From Octopus vulgaris (taxonomy: Eukaryota), in contig OX597817.1 in NCBI GenBank assembly GCA_951406725.2, positions 9,548,001-9,612,000 on the forward strand: 64,000 nt of DNA, written 5' to 3'. The translations under genes were made by a program, and so were the position numbers. Position 1 is the first letter of the stretch; every line of letters starts with the position of its first letter. Shown piece after piece: positions 13,858 through 27,238 of the stretch. Below the pieces are notes generated by a model, which was given only the letters and a program-made list of their open reading frames with translations, searched no databases and had not been told where the DNA came from.

Positions 13858-14092
13858 TTATCAATCTATCATATTCTGTTATATATTTTGCGACATAATT
13901 GTATTAATCACTTTAAATATAATGAAAACTAACACTGACGCAGCGAATAACAAAAGGCCTACATAAATGTGACAAACTTTAATTGCACTAAATTTTAGTG
14001 ACTTTTCATAGTATGTTTTTACTCACAATAGCGTATAAATACTCTGGATGAATTCAAGTTTTCTCTAATATATTTTCCAAATCGATAACATA

Positions 14093-14500
14093 GGCGCAGG
14101 AGTGGCTGTGTGGTAAGTAGCTTGCTTACGAACCACATGGTTCTGCGTTCAGTCCCACTGCGTGGCACCTTGGGCAAGTGTCTTCTACTATAGCCTCGGG
14201 CCGACCAAAGCCTTGTGAGTGGATTTGTTAGACGGAAACTGAAAGAAGCCTGTCGTATATATGTATATATATATGTGTGTGTGCGTGTATGTTTGTGTGT
14301 GTGTGTTTGTCCAGCTAGCATTGCTTGACAACCGATGCTGGTGTGTTTATGTCCCCGCCATTTAGCGGTTCGGCAAAAGAGACCGATAGAATAAGTACTG
14401 GGCTTACAAAGAATAAGTCCCGGTGTCGAGTTGCTCGATTAAAGGCGGTGCTCCAGCATGGCCACAGTCAAATGACTGAAACAAGTAAAAAGAGAAAAAG
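14093..14500 (+). mobile_element. SINE family A, full length
   Basis: ggcgcaggagTGGCTGTGTGGtaag (A box), GTTCAGTCC (B box), ccttgggcaagtgtctt core, internal microsatellite, gactgaaacaagtaaaaag tail. Confidence 0.85.
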
Positions 14501-14674
14501 AGAAAGAGATTTGGAACTGAAGTTATATGAGAGCGATTTCTTTGCAGGGACTCAATATGTTTCCAGAAAGTACATTTTATTTTAAATGATTCTTACTAAA
14601 GTAGTCTACATGTAGTTGGTTAATTAGATCGCACAAATCTTGTTAATTGTACAATCTCGTAGATAGTACATTCA

Positions 14675-15100
14675 AAGTAGTGTGAGGTTAAGAAGCTTGA
14701 TTTCCAAGCATGCAGTCTGAGGTTCAGTCCTACCGCGTGACACCTTGGGCAAGTGACTTCTACTATAGCTCAGGGTTGACCAAAGCGCTGTGACTGGATG
14801 TAGTAGAAGGAAACAATAAAAAAAATCCAGTCGTATATGTGTGTATGTTTTTGTGTGTATATATGTGTGTGTGTGTCTATATATGTATGTGTATGTAGTA
14901 TCAAGTGTACATATCTATGTTTGTGCTTTTGAAAAGGTATTTGACCTCCACTCCTTTTCCATGACAACTCGTGCTGCTTTTCCTCATCTTCGTAGCTTAG
15001 CGGTTCGGTAATATAAGTAGAATAAGTGCCAATGTTTACAAGTGGCCTGGGTTTGATTTGTTTGACAATCCTTCATGGCAGAAACAACTGAAAGCTAAAA
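14675..15100 (+). mobile_element. Older diverged SINE family A copy
   Basis: ggttcagtcc...ccttgggcaagtgacttctactatagc...ttagcggttcgg. Confidence 0.7.
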
Positions 15101-15181
15101 AATATATTATATACAAACAAACATACATACACACATACACACACACACATATATAATAATAATATAAATAATATATATATG

Positions 15182-15245
<64 letters not shown>

Positions 15246-15360
15246 GTATATATACATACATTTATACGTATATATATATATATATATATATATATGCATA
15301 TATGGGCACAAGACGTCACGAAACGTGTACAACAAAAAGTACGTAGCACGAGTACATGGA

Positions 15361-15445
15361 ACATGAACTATTGTTTCGAACAACGAAAGACACAAATGGA
15401 AAACAAAGCAAACAACATAAAGAACGATCCTTCATCAGTTGTTGG
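15361..15445 (-). ncRNA. Degenerate HHR-like motif in a PLE-like repeat
   Basis: Minus strand CTGATGA-A-ggatc...gttc-GAAAC-aata-GTT. Stem I is poor. A related remnant is at ~54670-54740. Confidence 0.4.
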
Positions 15446-15481
15446 CTGTTTTTCTAGTCTCGTATTTCGAGCATTTAACAA

Positions 15482-15551
<70 letters not shown>

Positions 15552-15556
<5 letters not shown>

Positions 15557-16585
15557 ACGTGCATTCCCGAAGTTTAAAGACAATTTAAGGAGAAGCAGTT
15601 TAATTGCCTTAGATTATAATGATTTCAGTATATGATTACTCAACATTTCATTAGCCGGTTTGTCAAATTTTGTTATTGCAGAACTAAGAAGAAGGTTATA
15701 ACAGCACTTTGAAAACACCATACTAAATCCCGCGTGTCACAGCTGACTAGTTTTTAGAACGTAGTGGGAACGTTTAAACATTTTGGAAGCTCGCTATGCA
15801 ATAGAGTTTTATGTTAAACTAGCTGACCCCGTGCCGTCAGAAATAACGGCTAATTGTGGTATTTTATATATAAAAAGGGTACAAAGAGATGAAAAAATCG
15901 AACTGTACTTCAACTCTATGTATTTGTATACATTTAATATGTATGAGTAGCAGAGTCTAAAGCAAAAGCAGTTTTCTATACTTTGTCACAGCCCACTTCT
16001 TTTTTAAGTGTTTCTCTTTATATATTTATGTATGTGTAAATGTGCGTGTCTGTAATTCAATTTTCTATGTATCTTTCTAAATAAACATACACGAACACAT
16101 ATATACTCACTCAAATATATAAATATACTTTACACAAACACATACATACACACACACACACGGTCAACAAAAAGAAATTTGTGAAGCTGTTGAGGTCTTT
16201 TCAGGAAGAGATTCGATCACAAAAGGACAGAGCACATGCCCCAGGACAATGCAGCAGTCCACAATCCCATCCTGGTAACCAACTACTTGACAGAGAAGGG
16301 CATTAAAACTGTTGCTACACCCTCCCAATAGTCCAGACTTTTCAACCTGTCACTTTTGGTTGTTCTCCAAGCTGAAGGAGATGAAGGAGTCTGTGGCGAG
16401 TGTCCTGGACACCTTCACTTTGGAGGACATTCATGGGAACTTCATGAAGCGGCTGGGGTGCTACATCAAGTGCATTGAAGTCAAAGGACCCTACTTCGAA
16501 GGCGATTAGAGTTTTGTACTTCTCGGAAATTAAAAAAAAATGTTTCTCCTAAAAAAATTTCAAAACTTCTGCAATGAACCTTGTA
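15552..16585 (+). mobile_element. Internally deleted mariner element with a Helitron-like insertion at ~15820-16140
   Basis: N-terminal LEARYAIEFYVK; QDNAAVH and HPPNSPDFSTCHFWLFSKLK (YSPDLAP-like). Degenerate TIRs. Minus-strand hairpin gccgtt/gacggc plus CTAG at ~15820. Confidence 0.65.
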
Positions 16586-16631
16586 TATAAATGTACACAC
16601 ACACAATCACACACACACACACGCACGCACG

Positions 16632-16692
<61 letters not shown>

Positions 16693-16779
16693 ACACGATC
16701 TCACACACATACACGCACGCACACACACACACACACGACGGGCTTATTCAATTTCCGTCTACCAAATACCCTTACAAGG

Positions 16780-16998
<219 letters not shown>

Positions 16999-17548
16999 CT
17001 TTTATTTATCATTTGTTCAGTCATTGGATTGCGTCCAAGCTGGGGCACCACATTGAAGGGCTTAGTCGAATAAGTCGACCACAAACTTTCTTTTGTTTTT
17101 GAGCATCATGCTAATTCTATTGGGCCCTCTTGTCGAACCACTAAGTTAGAAGGACGTAAACATATCAACACCGGTTGTCAAGTGGTGGTAGTAGGGGGCA
17201 AACACAAAGATACACACACACACACGATACGTTTCTTTCAGTTTCCGTCTACAAAATCCACTCATAAGGCTTTGACCAACCGGGGCTATAGCAGGGCTAC
17301 GCAGTGGGACTACGTCATGGGACCATGTGATTCATACATAGACAGTCAGACAGACACAAGCGCACGCACACACACACACACACACATACACACACATACA
17401 CACACACACACACATGTACACATACAAATGTTAATTCGGAAGAAGTATCATAAAATAACAATGAATTCTATACATGCACACAAATTTAGGTCAATGTGAT
17501 AATAAACGTTTGTGTGATAGTGTTTTGGTGTGCGCGCGAGTGTGCTAG

Positions 17549-17579
<31 letters not shown>

Positions 17580-18262
17580 TTGTGTGCGTGTGTGTGTGTG
17601 TTCGTGCGTGTGTGTGTGTGCGTGTACCATACGCGTGCGTGACTGATTGATTGATTAATATTTGAAGGCAATAAGACACTCCCTATATATCGTTTCTTAT
17701 GAATAAAAAATGGGCTAAGCCCATCCTTTTCTTAGGTCGATAGAAAATCACTTAGTACTTTGGATGGATTTTTAAATAGTTACCTATGAAAGGGAAGACA
17801 ATAGTGTTGAATTTTGAATTTGATCATCGTAGTATTAATCTTCCCGTTTGCATTTAGGGACGCGAGAACTCAAAATCACACAATACATATTCACATACAT
17901 ATACCCGCACGTTCATGCATATTCATATTTGTGGTGGTTGTTATTGGTAATCAACCCCAATTGAATACTCTTATGATCGAAAACGTTGCCGTCGTTACCG
18001 CTCTATATTTTCTCAAACAGAGTGTATCTAGAGTGTACGTTACGCAATATATCCTTCTTGATGTCGATAGTGTGAAAAATGGAAAAGAAAAGGCTCCATG
18101 CTTGCGTAGGTCGAACAATGTAAAAGGCCCTCCGTTCATTTGATTTATATATCTATATAAGCCATTTGACACTACTTGAAGTCCCAAGTAACTCGAATTG
18201 AGCCTATGAATGTTCCGTTTATCTTCAACTGGCTTGAAAACAATAACCCATTACCTTTATAT

Positions 18263-18327
<65 letters not shown>

Positions 18328-18547
18328 CTTAGATAACTTAGATATGTTTCGACCAAAGATTGGTCCAAGCCATGTCTAACTTAATAGCACCACCTGATAG
18401 GATTATTCGAATCCTGTTTAAGTCAAGTTTTGTTTAGGTCAAGTTTTGTTCAAGTAGTGAGTTCTTGTTGGGTGAGTTGTATCCAATTATGGGTGGCTTA
18501 TCTGGTATTCTTTGAAGGAATATATCCAGACTCCGTTTAAAGTTGAT

Positions 18548-18872
18548 ATATAAAAGAATTTTTTGCGTAATGAGATAAAAAAAAACCAAGGCTGTGTAGA
18601 TATTAGAACATTTATAGATAGAACGTCTTACAGCTGTTTCCAGGATATTTATTAATTATATCCCTTCATCGGAGACGGTGTGAGAGGATGGTTAAGTAAT
18701 AGTTCCTATCTAAATTAACTATTACTTAACCATCCTCTCACACCGTCTCCGATGAAGGGATATACTTAATAAATATCCTGGAAACAGCTATAAGACCTTC
18801 TATCTATAAATGTTCTAATATCTACACAGCCTTGGGTTTTTTTTATCTCATTACGCAAAAAATTCTTATATA
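18548..18872. repeat. Inverted pair (~155-bp arms, 12-nt spacer) of an HHR-bearing pLTR-like repeat
   Basis: Arms 18548-18704 and 18717-18872. CCGATGA-core HHR at 18625-18676 (-, intact GUA) and 18745-18796 (+, GTA mutated to ATA). Confidence 0.85.
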
Positions 18873-19006
18873 CACTCGTTGACATATGACCAACGCTGAA
18901 CCCCTTATTCACAAAATCACCGAACCTGAACTTAACTATGGCCTGTCTATAGCACTTAATCAGCATCACCTGACACCTTTGGGTCTCAGTGACCCCATTA
19001 CCTCTT

Positions 19007-19051
<45 letters not shown>

Positions 19052-19055
<4 letters not shown>

Positions 19056-19453
19056 TCTTTACTCTTTTACTCTTTTATTTGTTTCAGTCATTTGATTGCG
19101 GCCTTTAGTCGAGCAAATCGACCCCGGGATTTATTCTTTTGTAAGCCCAGTACTTATTCTATCGGTCTCTTTTGCCGAACCGCTAAGAGACGGGGACGTA
19201 AACACACCAGCATCGGTAGTCAAGCAATGCTAGGGGGACAAACACTCACACACATACACACACACACATATATATATATATATAGATATATACGACAGGC
19301 TTCTTTCAGTTTCCATCTACCAAATCCACTCACAAGGAATTGGTCGGCCCGGGGCTATAGCAGAAGACATTTGCCGAAGATGCCACGCAGTGGGACTGAA
19401 CCCGGAACCATGTAGTTGGTAAGCAAGGTACTTACCACACAGCCACTCCTGCG

Positions 19454-19455
<2 letters not shown>
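19052..19455 (-). mobile_element. SINE family A
   Basis: Reverse complement of the family A consensus, ending gccactcctgcgcc. Confidence 0.85.
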
Positions 19456-19495
<40 letters not shown>

Positions 19496-20244
19496 CACAC
19501 ACACACGCACACATATATATTGTTAATGAGAGAGATGGAAAATAGAAGGCACAAGGATTTTTATTTATCTCTACAATTGTTTCGACCCATCTAGCACTTA
19601 TTACTTTTCTTTTCACGAACCGAGAAGATACCTTGCGGAACAGTCGTTATTGTAACGAACAACATCTAACTATCACCCGAAAAGCTACATCTACACCGAC
19701 GGATGCTTCTAAACCAGTTTCTAAGTATCCCACCCATGAGGGATCGATCCTAGACGGGCCGAGACAATTGCAGTGATTAATAAAAATGCTCGTATATTCC
19801 ATCTTCCGTCTCACTCGTTAACCAAATACTCAACGAACACTGAAAGAGAACGTGCTTTACCAGTATGCTACTAGGTGTATACCATACGATCCGGACTGTT
19901 GCCATAGTGACGAAGCTAAAGTTCGCAGAGTGTAGCCGCTTGACACAGATTGATCTTTAATAATTTCTCTTCGTCCACTCGAGGTCCCAGACACAATCTC
20001 ATTCTCATACACTCATCTCAACCCATACCTTCCGAGTGAAAGTGTATTGACGGAAAGTGTACAGGAACCTGTTGAAGTGTTTGCACCAGTAATTGAAATG
20101 TACTACCTTGTGATACATCGTGTCACGCTGATTCTACTCTATGCTCACACGTGCCTCTGAAGAAAGCCCTCCCGCTTACATCCAGCAAGGAATTCACTGA
20201 TCAAGCATCTGAATCTTCATCTTCGAAATCGACGGAAATCCATC

Positions 20245-20844
20245 GATCGTTGGTGATCTATTTCTAGCATACGGTCGACTACCTAGCGGTCTTGCCCTTT
20301 GAATATACAAATGTATTAGAATTTTCTCTGATTTTTCAGATTTTTGTATGCTAGGCTACTGGTTTTAAATTAATATTAATTTATCTCCCTCATTTTTTAA
20401 ATATTAAAATAAATATGTTCTCTAATAGGCAGCACTAACCGCAGTAAATTATTTACTGCAGTTCTTCGCTTCCGGAATTTTTAGCGCACCAGAGCTAAGA
20501 CATTTGAAATTATCCCTAATGTAATCGGTAAAACTAAACACGTGTCTGTTTTGGCACAGAAAGCTGGGGTTGGTTTTTCAAATTACATTTGTCGGAACGA
20601 TCGCACTGACGAAACTACGGACAATTGGATTATGTAAGTAATTATTTTGTTAATAGTTGAAACCGCCGGTATGTGATTAATTCTGCTTTTTATATAATTC
20701 TCATCTGTCTTTCCCGCCTAATTTGTTTCTGGTGTTTCGCTGAATTTTCCTCTAGAGAACATTCTTTGTAGTTTGATCGTTGGTGATCTATTTCTAGCGT
20801 ACGGCCGACTACCTAGCGGTCTTGCCCTTTGAATATACACATGT
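20245..20844 (+). repeat. 530-bp unit with 70-bp terminal direct repeat, containing one HHR
   Basis: gatcgttggtgatctatttctagc...gaatataca at 20245-20314 and 20775-20844. Confidence 0.8.
20600..20677 (+). ncRNA. Type I HHR motif, canonical core
   Basis: atcgca-CTGACGA-aacta...tagtt-GAAAC-cgccg-GTA-tgtgat. 6-bp stem I and 5-bp stem II. Confidence 0.8.
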
Positions 20845-21370
20845 CCATATATATATATGTGTGAATACATATGTGATTGCGTCTTTCGTCATGTAGTGTT
20901 TTCATACTTATCTTAACTTCCACAATTTATTGTATTATATCGTCTAGAGATTTTTGCGTGCAACCAATGGAGCCCATAGGAAATCGTTCTGAGGTTTCTA
21001 ACAAAACTATTTGTTTGCCTGTAAACTCTGCTGAGTTATACGTATTCTTCTGAATTTTTTCTGAATGTTTTCAAATTGTAATGGTACATTATAGACACCC
21101 TGTGTGCCGACGATGTATATCGATAAACATCGATGAGGAGATCTTGATGAATCGGTGTTTTGAGACAAAAAAATGTTGCATGATATTTCTTCCACATGAG
21201 TTGTGCGGGCTTCTTTCGTCATATTTCACAATCTCAATCACTGTGAGCATGCGATTGATCTGGTGTCTACAGGTAAAGCTTGATGCCATTGTTTAGAAAA
21301 TAAGACATATGACAAACAAAAAAAAAACAAAAAAAACAAAACAAATGGATATGCATTTTAAAGTCTCGTA

Positions 21371-21720
21371 GAGCAAATCGACACCGGGGCTTATTCTTTG
21401 TAAGCCTAGTACTTATTCTATCGGTCTTTTTTGCTGAACCGCTAAGTGACGGGGACATTAAAACACCAGCATCGGTTGTGAAGCAATGCTAAGGGGACAA
21501 ACACAGACACACAAACACACAGACACACAAACACAGAGACACACAAACACAGACACACACACACAGACACACACACGACGGGCTACTTTCAGTTTCCGTC
21601 TACCAAATCCACTCACAAGGCTTTGGTCGCCCCTGGGCTATAGTAGAAGACACAGTGGGACTGAACCCGGAATCATGTGGTTGGTAAGCAAGCTACTTAC
21701 CACACAGCCACTCCGGCGCC
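21371..21720 (-). mobile_element. SINE family A
   Basis: Similarity to the other copies. Confidence 0.8.
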
Positions 21721-21983
21721 TAAATCAGCAAATACTCGTAAATATGATCTTCTCTGCCATTAAAAAGGTGGAGAAAACTTTAGCCATTTCATAATCCGTG
21801 TGGCTCATCCATTTAATACTTGATTAAATCAGTACATCTGCTCGTTCTGACACAGTTCCATAATACAAAAATGCATCCTGATGGCCCAAAATGAAGGACG
21901 TAAAGTAAATATATACCGACTGATTTTTACCTCTCGCTGTTTTAGTTTTATCTAAGAAACGTGACGTTTGCGCGAGAGAGAAA

Positions 21984-22282
21984 TCTTTATATATAAAAGT
22001 GAAGTTGTGTATCTGTCTCCTACGATTTAGATTCCTAACTACTCCCACATTTTGCGGTGCAGTTTAACCAAAAGCGGGTATCTTATAGTCGTGATTCATA
22101 TCGAGCCCTTCTGGGTATTAGCGCGCGTCTATGATGAGTCTACGATTTAAAAAAAAAATTACCATCATTTTTTCCCATTTTCAATGCATTTTTTTGCTAT
22201 TATATAAGGGAAGAAACTCTCTAAAAATGCTTATATAGTTATTTCCCTTACAAACCCGAGCAACGCCGGGCGATACTGCTAG
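21984..22282 (+). mobile_element. Non-autonomous Helitron, family 1
   Basis: A|TC start, hairpin plus CTAG|T end. Lacks ~95 bp present in 3500-3894. Confidence 0.85.
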
Positions 22283-22484
22283 TATTCTATAATACACTGA
22301 CACTGGAACTGCGATAGTTTTATGAAAGAAGATCCTTCGACTAAATAGCGATCTTGGTTAAATGTTGTTGGGGGAAAATGCAAATGAAGACAGTAAGTAC
22401 TGAAGCAAACACTGCCCTGGTTATATTCAATGGGAAATAAAAAAAAACGTAGCTTTTGTTCAGGTATTTCTTTTTTTTCTTCTT

Positions 22485-22849
22485 TTATTTGTTACAGCCA
22501 TTTGACTGCGGCCATGCTGGAGCACCACCTTTAGTCGAGCAAATCGAACCCGGGACTTATTCTTTGTAAGCCTAGTATTTATTCTATCGGTCTCATTTGC
22601 CGAACCGCTAAGTTACGGGGACATAAACACAACAGCATCGGTTGTCAAGCGATGTTGGGGGGACAAACACAGACACACAAACACACATATATATATACAT
22701 ATATGACAGGCTTCTTCCAGTTTCCGCCTACCAAATCCACTCACAAGGCTTTAGTAGAAGACACTTGCTCAAGGTGCCACGCAGTGGGACTGAACCCGGA
22801 ACCATGTGGCTGGTAAGCAAGCTACTTACCACACAGCCACTCCTGCGCC
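22485..22849 (-). mobile_element. SINE family A
   Basis: Similarity to the other copies. Confidence 0.85.
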
Positions 22850-23231
22850 TATATATTGAATTACGAAAATTTTCAGAAAAAAAAAATGGTTTCTCTTGCA
22901 TGAAGTGAAAAGATGATTTCTATTGTCAAAAGGGAAGAGTATGAAACACACAAGATAAATCTCCTAACTAAATCAAACATAACCAACAGGAGCGTCTGCG
23001 GTCTCCAAATGCTGTAGAAATACCAACTAAATCTTGAAATCACACCTTACCGCTTTAGATAAGGAAAGGGTACATTAAATCATGTAACTCATAAAAATCC
23101 TAACATGACGGGATGGTCATGATCGGATGTCTGATTATATGCCTGTTCGATCAAGGTTGATCTGAGTCTAAAAGAACAACTAAAACAATAACAGAACAAG
23201 TCTAAAATCCTTACTAATATATGTATATATA

Positions 23232-24420
23232 CTAGCATTATGACCCGTCGTTGCCGGGTCATAGTGCTAGTGCATGTATATATGTGTATATATATGTGTA
23301 CATATTACTTGTACATCTATATATATATATATATATATATACACATCTACACATAAAATACAAAATACAAAGTTATATCTTGATATAGCTAGTGATAACA
23401 ATACTCAAAATATATAACAGACTGGAATTGTTAGCCTGTCTCTTGCAATTTCGATCAATTGTATCTTGTCCTCCCTCTTGTATAGAAGTGTGGCTACAAT
23501 CCAGGCTACCTCAACTTCTGGGGGGTGGGTGAATTTTTAATTTTTATCCGGCATGTCCTACGTCCCAGATATAAAGGTAAAAATAAAATATTTCCTCTTT
23601 GCAAGTTCGAGTCGAGTACTCCCTTGCACGCTCCGTTGACTCGAACCTTGCTTCTATTGTGGCGAATTTACTGCCTCTGGTTAGATATCTTTCATAGTCG
23701 CACCAAGACACTTTTCGATGGTGTTCAAATCTCCAGGTGTTCAAATCTTCTTTTTTCTCTACATTGTATACTTTATAGACAATAGTCTTTTCTTTAATTT
23801 AATTTTTTATATTCCATCTGGACTATTCCATTTCTGCACGCTAATTTTATTTTTAATTTATTCCCATTCATGTGAAACCACTTATTCAAGTTCAAGTTAT
23901 TGATGCAATTTTATACCAATTGCTATTTTTACTTTTGTTATGTTACGATTATATTATACTTTAGTTTGATTTTAATTATTACTTACTACATATAATTCAA
24001 TTGATATTATTATTTTTATTGTTAAAGTGAAAGTATCTGACATAAAATAAAGAAATATTTTTGTTTCACTTTTAACACGTAATACTGAAATAGTGGAGAA
24101 GATACGATATTGCTATGGGCTCGCTCTAGGCAAGAGGTTGAACATTTCTTTTGCCCATGAAACTACGTGGACCCTAAGTAAGGCATGTGTAAAATTTGAA
24201 TGAAATTGGTTGTGTAATTCTCAAGTTTTAGGGAATCGTAGTGGAGAAGATATGATATTGCTGTGGGCTCGCCCTAGGCAAAAAGCCAAAAAAATCTTTT
24301 GCCGATGACACTCCCCGGACCCGAAGTAAGGCATGTGTAAAATTTGAATGAAATTGGTTGTGTAGTTCTCAAGTTTTAGGGAAACATACATACACACATT
24401 CTCAGTTTTATATATAGAGA
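23232..24420 (-). mobile_element. Non-autonomous Helitron, family 2, with tandemly duplicated 5' module
   Basis: Minus-strand 5' TCtctatatataaaactgag at 24420; 3' acccggcaacgacgggt hairpin plus CTAG at 23232. ~148-bp tandem at 24091-24236 and 24239-24383. The two ends belonging to one element is inferred. Confidence 0.65.
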
Positions 24421-25344
24421 TATAGATATAAAACTGAGAATGTGTGTCTATCTGTCTGTGTGTGTTTCCTAAAACTTGAGAACTACACAACCAATTTCGT
24501 TCAAATTTTACACATGCCTTACTTAGGGTCCAAGGAGTGTCATGGGCTAACTCTGATCGCCATTGGGGCAACTGTACACAGCAACCGGCCCACAGTCGAC
24601 GCTATGGCATTGGTCTTACTATTACAGTTGGCTTGGCTTGGCTTGGCTTCTGAAGGAGAGGAAGGAAAGAATTTTAATTATATATAGAGAACTATAGCGC
24701 AAAGGCAGCATAACAAACAACCCTCCCTCAGTTGTTGGCAGTTTTACCTACTCTGCATTGCAACAAGATGCGTCTTCGTCAAAGCAATTGCTCCCCCAAA
24801 GCAAATTAAATAAAATTTGAGATACGTGGAACGTCAAAGCTGCTAACAAAAACAGGACAGTGAAAACATTCGGTAAGGGCTGTTTAACACTAACGAGGTG
24901 AAGTGGTGAACGCTGGAGAAAGAAAGTTTGTCAAGAGACAGACAAGAATGCATGAACGAGAAGAAAAAGAATTACATTTAGAAATAGATCTATAATTATT
25001 GAAGTCAGAATTTCTGTTAGAAATAGAGAACTATAAATATTGAATTATGTATAAAGTGCTGACTTACATTCGGGGCTTCCAATTTCTCTGTAAAATATAA
25101 GATAATCGCAAAATCATCGCACATGTCACCATCGATTACAAACACCGGTGGAATATAAAAGTTCCAGATGACTTTCTTGTTCTTTCGTTCGTACAAGGAT
25201 CGTATTATGTTTCGGCTTAAAATAAATTAATGATACAAATATAATGTATAGAAATATATAAAAACCAGAATAGAAAATAAACGTCTTAGGCATATAAAAT
25301 GAGATAACATGAGATATCAAGGTGTTATAAACTTGAAACCTACT

Positions 25345-25731
25345 AGAATGGATGGAAGCACTCCGTCGGTTACGACGACGAGGGATCCGGTTGATCCGAT
25401 CAACGGAACAGCCTGCTCGTGAAATTAACGTGTAAGTGGCTGAGCACTCCACAGACACGTGTACCCTTAACGTAGTTGTCGGGGATATTCAGCGTGACAC
25501 AGAGAGTGACAAGGCCGGCCCTTTGAAATACAGGTACAACAGAAACAGGAAGTAAGAGTGAGAGAAAGTTGTGGTGAAAGAGTACAGCAGGGATCACCAC
25601 CATCCCCTGCCAGAGCCACGTGGAGCTTTTAGGTGTTTTCGCTCAATAAACACTCACAACGCCCGGTCTGGGAATCGAAACCTACGACCACGAGTCCGCT
25701 GCCCTAACCACTGGGCCATTGTGCCTCCACA
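25345..25731 (-). mobile_element. SINE family C (tRNA-derived)
   Basis: Head gtggaggcacaaTGGCCCAGTGGttagg with B-box GTTTCGATTCC. Related heads at 38251-38370, 45785-45900 and 46958-47076. Confidence 0.8.
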
Positions 25732-25908
25732 CCTACTAGAATATCATAGATTATATATATCAAGTCATCCAGTCAGTTCTGTCCAATTTTACCTTTTTTA
25801 GATTTGAATGAAATTTAATAGTATTTGCAAATGTCTAATTCAATTAAAAATTATTTTTATGCAATTGTGTACGTTTAAACTAATTAAATATTGTTTTACA
25901 AAATAGTA

Positions 25909-27210
25909 GACGGTGTCCACAAAGTCTGCGTACATGGGGATTAAGACATACTTTTAAAACAAAGCAATTTTATTTAATTATAATGTTAATAAATAATATT
26001 TTCAAAGTGATTTCCATCATTTTCAATGCATAACTTGATGCGCCTTGCAACATTCAGGTGAACTTGATTAAATAAGTCTACATTGCCATCAATTTCAGCA
26101 CACTGACTGGTTCTCATATGTGTTTTAAATCTGTAATCTTTATTGAGTAAACTTTCTCTTTCAACATACTCCAGAAAAAGAAATCAAGGGGAGAAAGGTC
26201 TGGTGAACGAGGGGACCATTCCATATGACCCCTTCTTCCAATCTAGTGAGGAAAAGTGTCATTAAGCCAATCTCTAACAGTTGTGGCAAAATGGGTAGAG
26301 ACCTAATCCTGCTGAAACCATTTCGGAAGGTTCTCACCTAGGTGCTCAATTTAAGATATTAATTTGTCTCAATATATTTGCATAAGTCTCATCCATTACA
26401 TGTTCAATGAGCTTTCCAAAAACCACACCACACCATCACCTTTTTCCTGCCTTGCTGTTTGGATGGATCTATCCAATGTGGATTACCTCGAGACCATTAT
26501 AGGAGATTCTGTTTGTTGACCTCACCATGTACATAAAACGTGGCTTTGTCACTGAACAACAAAGTTTTTCGTAAAATTGATATTTTCATCCAATTTATCT
26601 GAAAACCATTCGCACGTCTACATTCGTCTATCAGGATCGTCTTCATTTAAGTGATGCAATATCTGTAGGTTGTATCGATGAAACTTTTCCTCAACCAGCA
26701 TTTTGCGGATGGTTGGTTTTGGAACACCTAACACCGTGGATGTCCGACGAAGTGATTTCTTTGGGCTAGCAGAAACTTTAGCCTCGACAGCCTCTTTAGT
26801 TTCATCTGAAGTCTTTGGTCGCCTGGAACGGGGTTTATCCAAAACACTGCCTGTTTCTTTAAATTTCTTGATCAATTTCCTGACGGCAGTAAAATAAATA
26901 GGTTACCTAAAATGGTGTCGAAGATTAAATTCTTCCGCAATTTTGCGATAAGACCATCCCTCTCGTCCACTTAATAATACAAACTCGATTCTTTCTTCTT
27001 TAGACAGATTCCTCATTCGATCTGGGATTCTTTCTTCTTTAGATAGAGCCATAATTCGATCATCTGTAGAAAAAATAACAAATAAATTTAGAAAAGTAAA
27101 GTATGTTTTAAATTTAATTTAAACAAAAGTAAAAAAGGAAAATTATTTCTTATATTTATTTGTTTATGTTATGATTTTATTCCATAAACCCAGACTTCGT
27201 GGACACCCTA
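25909..27210 (-). mobile_element. Tc1/mariner-superfamily (maT/DD37D-like) transposon fossil
   Basis: TIRs ggtgtccacaaagtctg / cagacttcgtggacacc. Transposase fragments KKFKETGSVLDKPRSRRP, FSDKATF, WSPRSPDLSPLDFFFW. Multiple stops. Confidence 0.8.
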
Positions 27211-27238
27211 AAATTGCTTTGATTAAAACCCTTTCAAC

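Noticed and set aside
17660-18385. Hairpin-plus-GAAAC motifs on the minus strand (~17690 and ~18345)
   Set aside because: No recognisable CUGANGA half. At most these are highly decayed remnants.
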